A DNA stretch of 64,000 nucleotides from Cytophagales bacterium. Lineage in GTDB: Bacteria; Bacteroidota; Bacteroidia; Cytophagales; JAAEPT01. The notes below the pieces were generated by a model that saw only the letters and a program-made list of their open reading frames with translations, did not search any database and had not been told where the DNA came from. Below, piece by piece: positions 47,473 through 58,003 of this stretch. The DNA is taken from NCBI GenBank assembly GCA_965224495.1, contig CBDCZI010000025.1, positions 32,586 to 96,585 of the forward strand. Reading direction: 5' to 3'. Positions within the stretch are counted from its first letter, which is position 1. Each line of letters opens with the position of its first letter. Both the position numbers and the translations under genes were made by a program.

Positions 47473-47503
47473 AAAAAAGCCCTATCAAATTGAAAGGGCT
47501 TTT
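47473..47503 (-). terminator. rho-independent terminator downstream of the giant adhesin gene
   Basis: AAGCCCT ... AGGGCTT stem followed by T6 on the minus strand, 15 nt past the stop. Confidence 0.6.
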
Positions 47504-47517
47504 CTGTGAACTAATCT

Positions 47518-50500
47518 CTACTTTCTCACAACTTTTATATTCTTGACTTTTTCATCAGCCTGTAGTTGAATAACATATACACCACTATTTAAACTACTTG
47601 TATTTATACGCAGTTGGTTAGTATGTAGGTTGTCTTCAGACAGAAGAACATTTCCTGTCACAGAAAATAATTTCCAAGAAATTGCTGACGATTGGTACAA
47701 GTCCAAGTCAATCACCAACTCATCGGTAAATGGGTTAGGGTAAACCGTCACCTCTTCGTCTTCCAATTGTATAGCGATACCGCTACACACATCAAATTTC
47801 ACTTCTATCGTATTTGCTCCTGTCGGACAGACATTGTTATTTGCCGTCAATTTCAAAGTAACTGTTCCTGCATTTAATTCGTCTTGTGTCGGTGTGTAAG
47901 TGGTCGCTAAAGCATTTTCATTAGCAAAAATCCCATCTCCACCTGACCATACAGTCGTTCCATTAGACGCTTGACCCGCTAACCACACCGTGTTGGTTTG
48001 CTCTTTACAAATCACTTGGTTTATTCCTGCATTCACCAAAGGAATACCAGTACCAGTAATCAAGAGTGTGTTTGAGGTAATAGGCGTTGGTACACCACAG
48101 TTATCATACACTACCGTTGCTGATATATTTGTCGCATTGTTTATCACTGTTGTAAAGGTAGCATTACCTACAACTACTGTTGCATTTTTTGTCCACGTAA
48201 TTGTCGGTGAGTTTAAGTTATGAGACAAAATCACCTCAACTGTTTCTCCGTTACAAACGATATTATCACCTGTCGCTATCGATACACTTGGTGTAATAGA
48301 ACTTTCTCTTGTAATCGTTATCTCATCTTCTTGAACAGCACAAGCGTTGTTTGTCGTTACTGACCATTTTAAAGTTAACACTTGTCCAGAAACTAATCCC
48401 GTAATATCAACCGAAGTTCCGTTTGAAGTGTTGATTGTTCCTGTTCCTGAAACTTTGCTCCAAGTCCCTGTTCCTCTCGTTGGTGTCAATGCCGTTACCG
48501 ATGCTGTTGCTTTACACGACTGAACGTCATTTCCAGCACTCACATTTTCAGCACCCAAATCAACTACAACAACTACCGAGGTAATGTCGCTACATCCATT
48601 TTGTCCTTTTTTGATATAGTAAGTTCCTGAGGCTATAATTGCATTTGGGTTACTTAGTGTAGTAGTTGCCGTTGCATCTGTCCAATACGTCAACGTCCCT
48701 GTTGTATTTGACGCATCAGTCGTTACTGAAGTAATGTCTACCGTACTTGGTGAACAAACTGCTGATGGACTCGTTGTCGATAAACTTGGTGTTGCATTAA
48801 TTGCTACAACTATTTCTTGTTCCAATGACGAACAAGCATCTTTTGTCGCTTTCACATAATACGTTCCTGATGAAGTGACGCTTTGCCCTATTGGTGTTGT
48901 TGCGTTACTTGTCGAATAATAAGCTAAAACCGAACCTGTTGTCGAATTAACTACCCCTGTACTCAAGTCAATCGTGTTAGGCGAACATACTGCCGATGGG
49001 TTTGTTGTTGCTACTGTTGGAATCGTTTTTATTGTTGCAACTACTGATTTTATTACTGATTTACAACCGTCTTTTGTTGCTTGTAAATAAGTAGTTCCTG
49101 TTGACGAAACCATTGATGGAGTAGTTGTCGTTGCTGTCGCATTTGAATAATAACCTAAAACCGCTCCTGAAGTTTCTCCACTTACTGTTGTCGTCAAATC
49201 TATTGTCCCACCACATTGTGCTGTTGGGTTAACAACTGTAAACGTTGGCAACGCTTTTAGTGTAACTGTTTTTGTTGCTGTGTTTGTACAATTGTTAGCA
49301 TCCGTTCCTGTTACAGTATATGTTTTTGTTGCTGTTGGTGTAAATGCCATTCCGTCTGTTACTGCATTATCCCAAGTATAAGAAGTAGCTCCATTTCCTG
49401 CTAAGGTTACTGCTTCTCCTGTACAAATTTCATCTTCTCCTGTTACACTCACTGTTGGCAATGGGTTTACAGTTAATAATGTGCTTCCTGCATTTACAGA
49501 ACAAAGTTGACCATTACTTGTTACATTAATCATATAAACGCCATTTGTATTCACGGTAAAGTTTTTTGTTACTTCTCCTGCTACATTTGGTGTTTCTGTT
49601 GTATTTTTTGTTTCTGCTCCCGTTACTGCAATAGAATAATCGCTCATTCCTGCCACATTATTACTTGCTACATTTACTGTTAAAGTTGTTGTTGAAGTTC
49701 CGTCATCGCAAATAGATGAAGAAGACAATAAACTTGTTGCCGTAATCGGACAAGAACACTGGGTTTGTAAACCTATAATATCAACTCCTCCATCACAATC
49801 GTTAGCATCTGTTATATGAACATCTACTGAGTTTATTTCGTCAATTGCTCCACTGTACCATTTATTTGTCGTTCCGTCTCTTGTAAACGTTACCCCTTGT
49901 GCTGTCACTGCTGTCGATACTAAATCTCCTTGTGTAACTGTTACTACTACTTGGTATTGTGTGGTTGATAAACTCACACCTCCTAATACTGATAAAGGTG
50001 TGCTATTACATACCGTACTTCCTGAAGCAATCACCTTCTCAAAGTTTGTAACCGTAGAAGTTCCGCTTACTGTTCCTACACAGTTATTATTGTCTTTTAC
50101 ACTTACTAAAGTATAATCCCCTACATTATTCACACTCACTGTTGCAGATGAACTTGTTGGGTATATTGTTTGGTTACCTGTTGTAGGGTCGTTATAAACA
50201 ACTTCCCAAGGTTGAGTTCCCGTTAAAGTAATAGCTAAATTTGTTGAACCACTACTACATATTGTTGCTGTTCCTGTCAATTCAGCTGCTGGTAAGGTAT
50301 TTACTGTTACCGTAGTTGTTGCTGTGTTGGTACAAATGTTAGCATCCGTTCCTGTTACTGTATATGTTTTTGTTGCTGTTGGTGTAATTGCTGTTCCGTC
50401 TGTTACTGCGTTATCCCAAGCATAAGTGGTTGCTCCACTTCCTGACAAGGTAACATTTTCACCTGCACAAACTTCAGCCAATGTAGTGTTCGCTACTACT

Positions 50501-53500
50501 GTTGGTAAAGCGTTTACTGTTACCGTAGTTGTTGCTGTGTTGGTACAAATGTTAGCATCCGTTCCTGTTACTGTATATGTTTTTGTTGCTGTTGGTGTAA
50601 TTGCTGTTCCGTCTGTTACTGCGTTATCCCAAGCATAAGTGGTTGCTCCACTTCCTGACAAGGTAACATTTTCACCTGCACAAACTTCAGCCAATGTAGT
50701 GTTCGCTACTACTGTTGGTAAAGCGTTTACTGTTACCGTAGTTGTTGCTGTGTTCGTACAATTGTTAGCATCTGTTCCTGTTACGGTATAGGTTTTTGTT
50801 GCTGTTGGTGTAATTGCTGTTCCGTCTGTTACTGCGTTATCCCAAGCATAAGTGGTTGCTCCACTTCCTGATAAGGTTACGTCTCCTCCTATACAAACTT
50901 CAGCCAATGTTGTATTTGCTGTTACTGTTGGTAAAGCGTTTACTGTTACCGTAGTTGTTGCTGTATTTACACAGTTGTTAGCACCCGTTCCTGTTACGGT
51001 ATAGGTTTTTGTTGCTGTTGGTGTAATTGCTGTCCCATCTGTTACTGCGTTATCCCAAGCATAAGTGTTTGCTCCACTTCCTGATAAGGTTACGTCTCCT
51101 CCTATACAAACTTCAGCCAATGTTGTATTTGCTGTTACTGTTGGTAAAGCGTTTACTGTTACCGTAGTTGTTGCTGTATTTACACAGTTGTTAGCACCCG
51201 TTCCTGTTACTGTATAGGTTTTTGTTGCTGTTGGTGTAATTGCTGTCCCATCTGTTACTGCGTTATCCCAAGCATAAGTGTTTGCTCCACTTCCTGACAA
51301 GGTAACATCTCCTCCTGCACAAACTTCAGCCAATGTAGTGTTCGCTGTTACCGTTGGTAATGCATTTACTGTTACCGTAGTTGTTGCTGTGTTAGTACAA
51401 TTGTTAGCATCTGTTCCTGTTACGGTATAGGTTTTTGTTCCTGTTGGTGTAATTGCTGTTCCGTCTGTTACTGCGTTATCCCAAGCATAAGTGGTTGCTC
51501 CACTTCCTGACAAGGTAACATTTTCACCTGCACAAACTTCAGCCAATGTAGTGTTCGCTGTTACTGTTGGTAAAGCATTTACTGTTACCGTAGTTGTTGC
51601 CGTATTTGCACAATTGTTAGCATCTGTTCCTGTTACAGTATAAGTAGTCGTTGCTATTGGGTTTGTTGCTGTTCCGTCTGTTACAGCATTGTCCCAAGCA
51701 TAAGTTGTCGCTCCACTTCCTGTCAAAGTCACATTACCTCCTAAACAAACCTCCGTCAATGTTGTGTTCGCTGTTACTGTTGGTAAAGCATTTACAGTTA
51801 CCATATTCGTGTAAGTTTTCACGATACCATCAACAGTTAAAGTAATTGTTTTTTGTCCTGCTGTTGTGAAAGTAACATTATGAGGACCTTGTCCTGTCAT
51901 TGCTTGACCTGCGAAATCCCAAGCATAAGTTGTACCCGTTGATGATGCGTCAGTAAATGTTACTGGGTTACCTAAACAAACAGCAGTTTCATTTACTGTA
52001 AAATCAACCGTTGATGAAGCGTCTGCTTGCACCAAAATATAGTTCATCGTACAAATATCAAAATATTGTGAGCTGACATAAAAACGAATAATTTGGTCAC
52101 CTGCATCTAAATGAAAGTTTGCTGTAGTAATCGTTTGCCAATTATCCCACCCTCCTGTCGAGTTAACTATTTTTTCTGTTGAGATATTCGCTCCTAAATT
52201 ATCTTGAATAATGAATTTACCCGTCGATTCATTTGAAGTTACACGAGCCTCCATTTTATATGTCCCTGCGGTTTGTACCGTAACCGAATACTCCAACCAA
52301 TCACCTGCATTGTTGTACCCAATCGCATAAGTTGAAGCGGCATCATTACAAAGTCCAACATCCACTTGGTCATTTCTAATGGTACTGTTTGACTGATTAG
52401 CTACTTCATTGTCATGGTAAGCTACTTCTGCTCCTCCTGTATCGTATTTCCAGTTTTCAATAATCCCTGGTATCGCATGACGAGTTCCTCCATAAGGGTC
52501 TTGAGGCGGAACAGTAACTGTTACTGCTACCGTTTGTGAAGTTTCTGTATTTGTTCCGTTTGCAACCACTACATAATAGTTACCCGCATCACTTGCTGTC
52601 ACACTACTTATTGTTAATGAATTTCCTGTATTTGTAATTACGTTTCCGTCTTTGTACCAAGTATAAGTCAATGTACCTTGACCAGAAACCACCAAACTTA
52701 AAGACAAAGCATCTCCTTCTAAAAGCGTTGCGTTTGTCGCCGTCAACTCGTTGTCAATACAAACCGTTGTACAAGGTTGTGAAGTTGTCGTGATATTTAC
52801 TGCTCCTTCGTGAGGGTAAATATTTGTACTTAATGTTGTTCCATCTAAAGTAAATGTTTTTGTTACACCTCCTTGTTTTACGATAATACCTGCCAATGTT
52901 CCCATTTGAGCGATATCAACGTTTAAAGTAATTGGAGATTTGAAATTTAAAGGAGCTAAATAAGCAGCAACATCAAAAGAAGGAGTATTCCAACTTACAT
53001 CAATTTTATTATCCGCTGACACATACGCTGCCGTAGGTGTGTATTTCAATTTTTGCATTTGGTAAGTCAATATTTCTGAAACTGTACCAACAAATAATTC
53101 TCCTGAAATCATTTTTGATTGCACAAAGTTCAAATGGCTTCGGTAATCAGCTACTCCAATTCGTCCCCAACCAGAAGTACCTACATTGTGTGTTTCTCTA
53201 TTTACCCAAACGCCATTATCTATCGCATATTGAGCCCATTGATCCAATTCAATCGCCACTACATCTGAACCTGTTTTTAGTGTCTTAACCATTACTGCCG
53301 TTCTGAAAAAACCATCCGCATCAGGAGCAATAGTCGCTTGATCATACGAATCGTAACCTTGTGTTGGGTAATACTCATTAATATGAGAAGTCCAACCCGT
53401 ACGAGAACCGATATATCCCAAAGCTTTTAAATGGTCATTGGCAGCATTTGTAAATCTATCGTAAGGAAAAATGTAAAATTGTGGTTTGTGTCCTGTAAGT

Positions 53501-53955
53501 TGTTCTAAAAATTTGGTACACGAATCTATTTGTAAAGCAAATTCTGCAGAAGTAGGTTGTTCTCCCCAGCCATCTCCAACAGCCATATCACAAGGGCTCC
53601 AACCTGCATTACCAACCGCACACAAATGAGAGTGGGAGTGAGCAATCAATTCATGCCCATGTAAAGGCATCATGACATTTTTGGCATATTCCATCGGCCC
53701 GTTATGTCCATTGACATTGACATAAGTCCTTTGTTGTCCAGGCCCTGATTCAGCACCTATCGTAAATTTAATTCCTCTATTACTTGCTATAGTATCCGCA
53801 TATTTCCAGATACCATCAACACCAACATCACCATAATCATCATGGATAATATTATAAGCACCCTGTGCATTATCCTTCCATGTCGCAATGGATGAAGTTT
53901 GTGCATAAAGGCTTGACGTCACAAATCCGATTAATACAAGTATAATTTTTTTCAT
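47518..53955 (-). CDS. 2145-aa multidomain T9SS surface protein (CE4/NodB-like, Ig, CBM6-like, PKD, 7+1 tandem Ig-like repeats, CTD)
   Basis: Signal peptide; NodB-like motifs IIHDDYGD and AHSHSH; Ig-like LTYTWYKDGNVI...SDAGNYYVVV; CBM6-like IENWKYDTGGAEVAYHDNE...GDWLEYSVTVQTAGTYKMEARV; PKD-like VCLGNPVTFTDAS...TYAWDFAGQ; tandem 71-aa repeats; and CTD VTVYPNPFTDELVIDL...GVYVIQLQADEKVKNIKVVRK. Confidence 0.8.
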   Translation of the reverse strand: MKKIILVLIGFVTSSLYAQTSSIATWKDNAQGAYNIIHDDYGDVGVDGIWKYADTIASNRGIKFTIGAESGPGQQRTYVNVNGHNGPMEYAKNVMMPLHGHELIAHSHSHLCAVGNAGWSPCDMAVGDGWGEQPTSAEFALQIDSCTKFLEQLTGHKPQFYIFPYDRFTNAANDHLKALGYIGSRTGWTSHINEYYPTQGYDSYDQATIAPDADGFFRTAVMVKTLKTGSDVVAIELDQWAQYAIDNGVWVNRETHNVGTSGWGRIGVADYRSHLNFVQSKMISGELFVGTVSEILTYQMQKLKYTPTAAYVSADNKIDVSWNTPSFDVAAYLAPLNFKSPITLNVDIAQMGTLAGIIVKQGGVTKTFTLDGTTLSTNIYPHEGAVNITTTSQPCTTVCIDNELTATNATLLEGDALSLSLVVSGQGTLTYTWYKDGNVITNTGNSLTISSVTASDAGNYYVVVANGTNTETSQTVAVTVTVPPQDPYGGTRHAIPGIIENWKYDTGGAEVAYHDNEVANQSNSTIRNDQVDVGLCNDAASTYAIGYNNAGDWLEYSVTVQTAGTYKMEARVTSNESTGKFIIQDNLGANISTEKIVNSTGGWDNWQTITTANFHLDAGDQIIRFYVSSQYFDICTMNYILVQADASSTVDFTVNETAVCLGNPVTFTDASSTGTTYAWDFAGQAMTGQGPHNVTFTTAGQKTITLTVDGIVKTYTNMVTVNALPTVTANTTLTEVCLGGNVTLTGSGATTYAWDNAVTDGTATNPIATTTYTVTGTDANNCANTATTTVTVNALPTVTANTTLAEVCAGENVTLSGSGATTYAWDNAVTDGTAITPTGTKTYTVTGTDANNCTNTATTTVTVNALPTVTANTTLAEVCAGGDVTLSGSGANTYAWDNAVTDGTAITPTATKTYTVTGTGANNCVNTATTTVTVNALPTVTANTTLAEVCIGGDVTLSGSGANTYAWDNAVTDGTAITPTATKTYTVTGTGANNCVNTATTTVTVNALPTVTANTTLAEVCIGGDVTLSGSGATTYAWDNAVTDGTAITPTATKTYTVTGTDANNCTNTATTTVTVNALPTVVANTTLAEVCAGENVTLSGSGATTYAWDNAVTDGTAITPTATKTYTVTGTDANICTNTATTTVTVNALPTVVANTTLAEVCAGENVTLSGSGATTYAWDNAVTDGTAITPTATKTYTVTGTDANICTNTATTTVTVNTLPAAELTGTATICSSGSTNLAITLTGTQPWEVVYNDPTTGNQTIYPTSSSATVSVNNVGDYTLVSVKDNNNCVGTVSGTSTVTNFEKVIASGSTVCNSTPLSVLGGVSLSTTQYQVVVTVTQGDLVSTAVTAQGVTFTRDGTTNKWYSGAIDEINSVDVHITDANDCDGGVDIIGLQTQCSCPITATSLLSSSSICDDGTSTTTLTVNVASNNVAGMSDYSIAVTGAETKNTTETPNVAGEVTKNFTVNTNGVYMINVTSNGQLCSVNAGSTLLTVNPLPTVSVTGEDEICTGEAVTLAGNGATSYTWDNAVTDGMAFTPTATKTYTVTGTDANNCTNTATKTVTLKALPTFTVVNPTAQCGGTIDLTTTVSGETSGAVLGYYSNATATTTTPSMVSSTGTTYLQATKDGCKSVIKSVVATIKTIPTVATTNPSAVCSPNTIDLSTGVVNSTTGSVLAYYSTSNATTPIGQSVTSSGTYYVKATKDACSSLEQEIVVAINATPSLSTTSPSAVCSPSTVDITSVTTDASNTTGTLTYWTDATATTTLSNPNAIIASGTYYIKKGQNGCSDITSVVVVVDLGAENVSAGNDVQSCKATASVTALTPTRGTGTWSKVSGTGTINTSNGTSVDITGLVSGQVLTLKWSVTTNNACAVQEDEITITRESSITPSVSIATGDNIVCNGETVEVILSHNLNSPTITWTKNATVVVGNATFTTVINNATNISATVVYDNCGVPTPITSNTLLITGTGIPLVNAGINQVICKEQTNTVWLAGQASNGTTVWSGGDGIFANENALATTYTPTQDELNAGTVTLKLTANNNVCPTGANTIEVKFDVCSGIAIQLEDEEVTVYPNPFTDELVIDLDLYQSSAISWKLFSVTGNVLLSEDNLHTNQLRINTSSLNSGVYVIQLQADEKVKNIKVVRK
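50302..51792 (-). repeat. seven in-frame tandem 213-bp (71-aa) near-identical repeats inside the adhesin gene
   Basis: Unit is NALPTV(T/V)ANTTLAEVC.G..VTLSGSGA.TYAWDNAVTDGTAITPTATKTYTVTGT.AN.C.NTATTTVTV. Copies 6 and 7 are identical at protein level, and copies 3 and 4 differ by one residue. A diverged eighth copy lies at about 49258-49467. Confidence 0.9.
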
Positions 53956-54076
53956 AAAACAACTAATTCAACTTACAATCCTAAAATACGAATTTTAAAC
54001 AAAACAACACGTGTTATAAGTCACCTAATACAAAAAACATTGTCTTTTTATGATAAAAATAAGTAAAAACACCTAC

Positions 54077-54113
54077 AAAAAAAGGGTCAGCGAAATAAAT
54101 TCACTGACCCTTT
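54077..54113 (-). terminator. rho-independent terminator downstream of rho
   Basis: AAAGGGTCAG ... CTGACCCTTT 10-bp stem with T7 on the minus-strand transcript. Confidence 0.65.
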
Positions 54114-54145
54114 GTTTTTATTATAAACAACTAGTAAAAAGAATG

Positions 54146-55861
54146 TTACCCATTCATTGCTGCTAAAAATTCATCATTGTCTTTTGTTCCTTTCATTCTT
54201 GAAAGCAAAAATTCCATTGCCTCTATAGAGTTCATATCTGATATGAATTTTCTCAATATCCAGATACGTTGCAACTCTTCTTTCCCCATCAACAAGTCTT
54301 CACGACGTGTTCCAGATGCAGGAATATCAATAGCAGGGAAAATACGTCTGTTTGCTAATTTTCTATCAAGAACAAGCTCCATGTTACCCGTACCTTTAAA
54401 TTCTTCAAAGATAACTTCGTCCATTTTAGAACCAGTTTCCACTAATGCAGTAGCAATCATAGTTAAAGAACCACCGTTCTCTACATTTCTTGCCGCTCCA
54501 AAGAAACGTTTTGGTTTATGTAATGCGTTTGCATCCACACCACCCGAAAGTATTTTTCCAGACGATGGAGCAACCGTATTGTAAGCACGAGCCAAACGAG
54601 TAATAGAATCTAAAAGAACCACTACATCATGACCACATTCTACCATTCTTTTTGCTTTTTCAAGTACCATGTTTGATACTTTCACGTGATGCTCAGCTGT
54701 CTCATCAAAAGTAGAAGCAATCACTTCTGCATTTACACTTCTTGCAACATCTGTTACCTCCTCAGGACGCTCATCAACCAAAAGGATGATTAAATAACAC
54801 TCAGGATGATTTTTCGCAATTGCATTTGCAACCTCTTTCAATAGCACAGTTTTACCTGTCTTTGGTTGAGCCACAATCATTCCACGTTGTCCTTTACCTA
54901 TTGGAGCAAACAAATCCATTACTCTTGTTGAGTACGAATCAGATTTTGCCGATAAGTTCAATTTATCTTTCGGGAAAATTGGTGTTAAATATTGAAAAGG
55001 AACTCTATCTCTAATTTGCTCCGTTGTCAACCCGTTTACACGGTCAACTTTCAATAAAGCAAAATATTTTTCTCCTTCTTTTGGTGGTCTAATCGCACCT
55101 TTTACAGTATCTCCTGTCTTCAAAGCAAACAATTTGATTTGCGAAGGTGACACATAAATATCATCAGGACTTGAAAGGTAATTGTAATCTGCAGAACGCA
55201 AAAAACCATACCCTTCTTGCATAATTTCCAACACACCCGTGTTTTCTATCATCCCTTCAAACTCTTTTACAGCCGAAGGTTGTTTTGTATATTCTCCTCT
55301 ATTCCCTTTTTCAGGTTTATCGTTACGACTTCTTGGATTACGTTCCGCTCTTTCAGGACGCTCAGGACGAGGTTTTCTTTCCACACGTTCTGTTTTTTCT
55401 ACAGTTTCCGTGTCATCCGAAGCCTCCGTTTTTTCCACTTTTTCAGGACGTTCTGTACGCTCTGTTCTTGCAGGACGTTCAGCACGAGGCTTTCTTTCCT
55501 CTCTTGGTCTTGGATTTGGTTTTCTACGAGGCTCTGCTTTTTCTACAGGCGTCGTTTCTTCTTTCTCCGAAGCCTTCACGTTTTCACGTGTGATTTTCAC
55601 CTTTCTGCGTGGTTTAACCACACGCTCTTCGATAGGCTCAACCACTGTTGGGTCAATCTCTACCTCTTTCTCTTCTGCTTTTTCTGCCTTAAAAGCTGGA
55701 ACGGTTTTTTTTACAATACTTGGATCAATTGCTTGTTCGTCAAGTATTTTGTAAACTAATTCCTGTTTTGGAAGTTTTTTAAACTTTTTAAGCGCTAGGC
55801 TATCTGCAATTTCTTTGAGCTCAGATAATAATTTAAGCTCTAATTCGTCTTTACTGTACAT
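54146..55861 (-). CDS. rho: transcription termination factor Rho with ~145-aa charged low-complexity insertion
   Basis: 571 aa. N-terminal Rho_N helix bundle ([19 protein letters not shown]), R/E/K/P-rich insert ([19 protein letters not shown]...), OB/CSD-like RNA-binding region ([14 protein letters not shown]), Walker A AQPKTGKT, and RecA-like core. Confidence 0.95.
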   Translation of the reverse strand: MYSKDELELKLLSELKEIADSLALKKFKKLPKQELVYKILDEQAIDPSIVKKTVPAFKAEKAEEKEVEIDPTVVEPIEERVVKPRRKVKITRENVKASEKEETTPVEKAEPRRKPNPRPREERKPRAERPARTERTERPEKVEKTEASDDTETVEKTERVERKPRPERPERAERNPRSRNDKPEKGNRGEYTKQPSAVKEFEGMIENTGVLEIMQEGYGFLRSADYNYLSSPDDIYVSPSQIKLFALKTGDTVKGAIRPPKEGEKYFALLKVDRVNGLTTEQIRDRVPFQYLTPIFPKDKLNLSAKSDSYSTRVMDLFAPIGKGQRGMIVAQPKTGKTVLLKEVANAIAKNHPECYLIILLVDERPEEVTDVARSVNAEVIASTFDETAEHHVKVSNMVLEKAKRMVECGHDVVVLLDSITRLARAYNTVAPSSGKILSGGVDANALHKPKRFFGAARNVENGGSLTMIATALVETGSKMDEVIFEEFKGTGNMELVLDRKLANRRIFPAIDIPASGTRREDLLMGKEELQRIWILRKFISDMNSIEAMEFLLSRMKGTKDNDEFLAAMNG

Positions 55862-56492
55862 AAAAAATCAATGATTTTGATTTGATTTCGATTTCTGAAA
55901 TGTTTTTGATTATTCTCAAGTGGGCGACACTCAGGGCTGAGTGTGCGTTTTCTCCCTTCTTGCTACGCAAACATAACTTAAGATTTTGTTATTTACAACT
56001 TTATTGCAATAAAATGACTAAAAACAGCTTTTGAAGACTTAAAACCAATCATTTGGAGCATCCCCTTTGCCTTGAACTGTAAACTCTCCTTTTTATCAAA
56101 AATACCGATAGACAGTTTGTTCAGTGATAAAACACACAGCGGGGCGGGCTTTCACCTATATCTTTGTGGTCTCCGATACACAACTATTTATTTTTTCCGT
56201 ACTCGTCCCATGATAAAGGAAGTGTACTATAAGCAGGTTTTGACCACAAAGGATACCGGCTCTATCCCTATGCCGTTCATTCGCTTACTTCACTATATAA
56301 CTTACCCTTAGCACACCTATCGTCTGTGTATTTCTTCTATTAGATAGTATTTACCCAACCAAAATCCGAAGTAACAAGAGTAAATAAGCCACTTTCAATT
56401 ATAAATAGGACATTCAACTAAAAACAAACGTATTAAAATAGTTATCAATTTGAATACTTAGTAACTTTACAGTTCTTTAAATTTAATTTGTA

Positions 56493-57056
56493 GTGGATTA
56501 TCTTAATCAACACGTTGAAAGTTTAATCTTTTGTTCTTCTGAGCCCGTTTCTGTAAACGACATTATATCCTGTCTTTCAGAAATGTTTGGGGTAGATTTC
56601 TTAGAAAGAGATATACTCAATAAAATAGACGAATTAAAAGAAAAATACGCACAAGACGAGTACGCTTTCGAGATAAACTCAACAGGAGGAGGGTTTCAAT
56701 TCTTAACAAAACCTGCTTACCAAGTAAGTATTGGTATCTTATTGAAACAAAAATCGAAGAAAAGGTTATCTACTTCCGCTTTAGAAACGTTAGCTATTAT
56801 AGCTTACAAACAGCCCGTTACCAAAACTGATATCGAGCATATTAGAGGCGTAAGTTCTGATTATTCGGTACACAAATTATTAGAAAAAGGATTAATAGAA
56901 ATTAGAGGAAAAGCCGAGGCAATTGGAAAACCTATCTTGTATGGCACTTCTGACAAATTTATGGAATACTTTGGTATCAACTCATTAGGCGATTTGCCGA
57001 TGCCAAAAGATTTCTCGAAAAAAGAAAATGCGATAGGTGAAGAAACTGAAATGTGA
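56493..57056 (+). CDS. scpB: segregation and condensation protein B
   Basis: 187 aa. VESLIFCSSEPVSVNDI ... LSTSALETLAIIAYKQPVTKTDIEHIRGVSSDYSVHKLLEKGLI is typical of the ScpB winged helices. GTG start. Confidence 0.85.
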   Translation: MDYLNQHVESLIFCSSEPVSVNDIISCLSEMFGVDFLERDILNKIDELKEKYAQDEYAFEINSTGGGFQFLTKPAYQVSIGILLKQKSKKRLSTSALETLAIIAYKQPVTKTDIEHIRGVSSDYSVHKLLEKGLIEIRGKAEAIGKPILYGTSDKFMEYFGINSLGDLPMPKDFSKKENAIGEETEM

Positions 57057-57946
57057 TGAAAAATAAAAAATCTGAATTTTTTAAGCCAAGAGAAACAGCA
57101 CCAAAAAAGGTGAAAGATTACGATGAATTAGACAAACAGCGTAAGGTAAAATCAAAAAAAGTACGTTTGGATGATGACGGAGAGTTAGAAAACCTTGAGG
57201 ATTTGCCAAAAATCTCTGAACCGATGCGATTGAATAAATACATCGCTCATTCGGGTGTATGTTCTCGTCGTGAAGCAGATAAGTTGATAGAAAAAGGGTT
57301 TGTAACCATCAATGGCAAAGTGGTCAAAGAGATGGGGTACAAAGTTGGAGTAACGGACAAAGTAACCTGCAAAGGGAAAAACCTAAATCCCCAAACTTTT
57401 CAATACATCTTATTGAACAAACCAAAAGATTTTATCACAACAACAAAGGACGAAAACAACCGTCGTACCGTGATGAACTTGATTAGCACAGCTTGTGACG
57501 AACGTGTCAACCCTGTCGGACGTTTGGATAGAAACACAACAGGTTTGTTGTTGTTTACCAATGATGGCGAATTAGCAAACAAGTTGATGCACCCTTCAGG
57601 AATGGTCAAAAAGATTTACCAAGCAACTTTAGACAAACCTTTCGAACAAGAAGATTTTGATAAGTTAAAAGCAGGTATCAAATTAGAAGACGGTCCAGTT
57701 TGGGTGGACGATTTAGGAGTAAACGAAGGTGACAACCGTATTGTGGGATTAGAAATTCACATCGGAAGAACACGTATCGTTCGTCGTATTTTCGAACACT
57801 TGGGTTACGAAGTAATAAAATTGGACAGAACTATATTTGCAGGGTTAACGAAAAAAGATTTGCCAAGAGGGAAATTTAGACATCTAAAACCAACAGAAAT
57901 CAGTCATTTACAGATGCTACCTGTATCCAAAAAGAACAAGAAGTAA
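57056..57946 (+). CDS. rluB: pseudouridine synthase, RsuA/RluB family, with S4 domain
   Basis: S4 domain (MRLNKYIAHSGVCSRREADKLI) and catalytic motif VGRLDRNTTGLLLFTNDGE. The ATG overlaps the scpB stop (TGATG). Confidence 0.85.
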   Translation: MKNKKSEFFKPRETAPKKVKDYDELDKQRKVKSKKVRLDDDGELENLEDLPKISEPMRLNKYIAHSGVCSRREADKLIEKGFVTINGKVVKEMGYKVGVTDKVTCKGKNLNPQTFQYILLNKPKDFITTTKDENNRRTVMNLISTACDERVNPVGRLDRNTTGLLLFTNDGELANKLMHPSGMVKKIYQATLDKPFEQEDFDKLKAGIKLEDGPVWVDDLGVNEGDNRIVGLEIHIGRTRIVRRIFEHLGYEVIKLDRTIFAGLTKKDLPRGKFRHLKPTEISHLQMLPVSKKNKK

Positions 57947-58003
57947 AAAGAGTTGTTTTAATCCCCTCTATTTTTCAAAAGTAGAGGGGGAATTACCCCT
58001 ACT

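Noticed and set aside
50302-51792. Tandem 213-bp repeats as a CRISPR-like array or a diversity-generating retroelement target.
   Set aside because: The repeats are contiguous, in frame and coding (71-aa Ig-like modules). There are no spacers, no reverse transcriptase and no template repeat in the window.
55217-55759. Three overlapping plus-strand ORFs of 102-180 aa.
   Set aside because: They are antisense to the charged low-complexity insert of rho. The ORFs are by-products of the GAA/CGT-rich codon periodicity, and the translations are Phe/Ser/Arg-rich nonsense.
56072-56311. 79-aa ORF in the rho-scpB intergenic region. I also tested this region as a site for RNase P RNA, tmRNA or SRP RNA.
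   Set aside because: The ORF has no homology-like features. I found none of the conserved boxes of those RNAs (GAGGAAAGTCCGG, the tmRNA acceptor/T-arm ends, the SRP GGAAGCAGCC loop).
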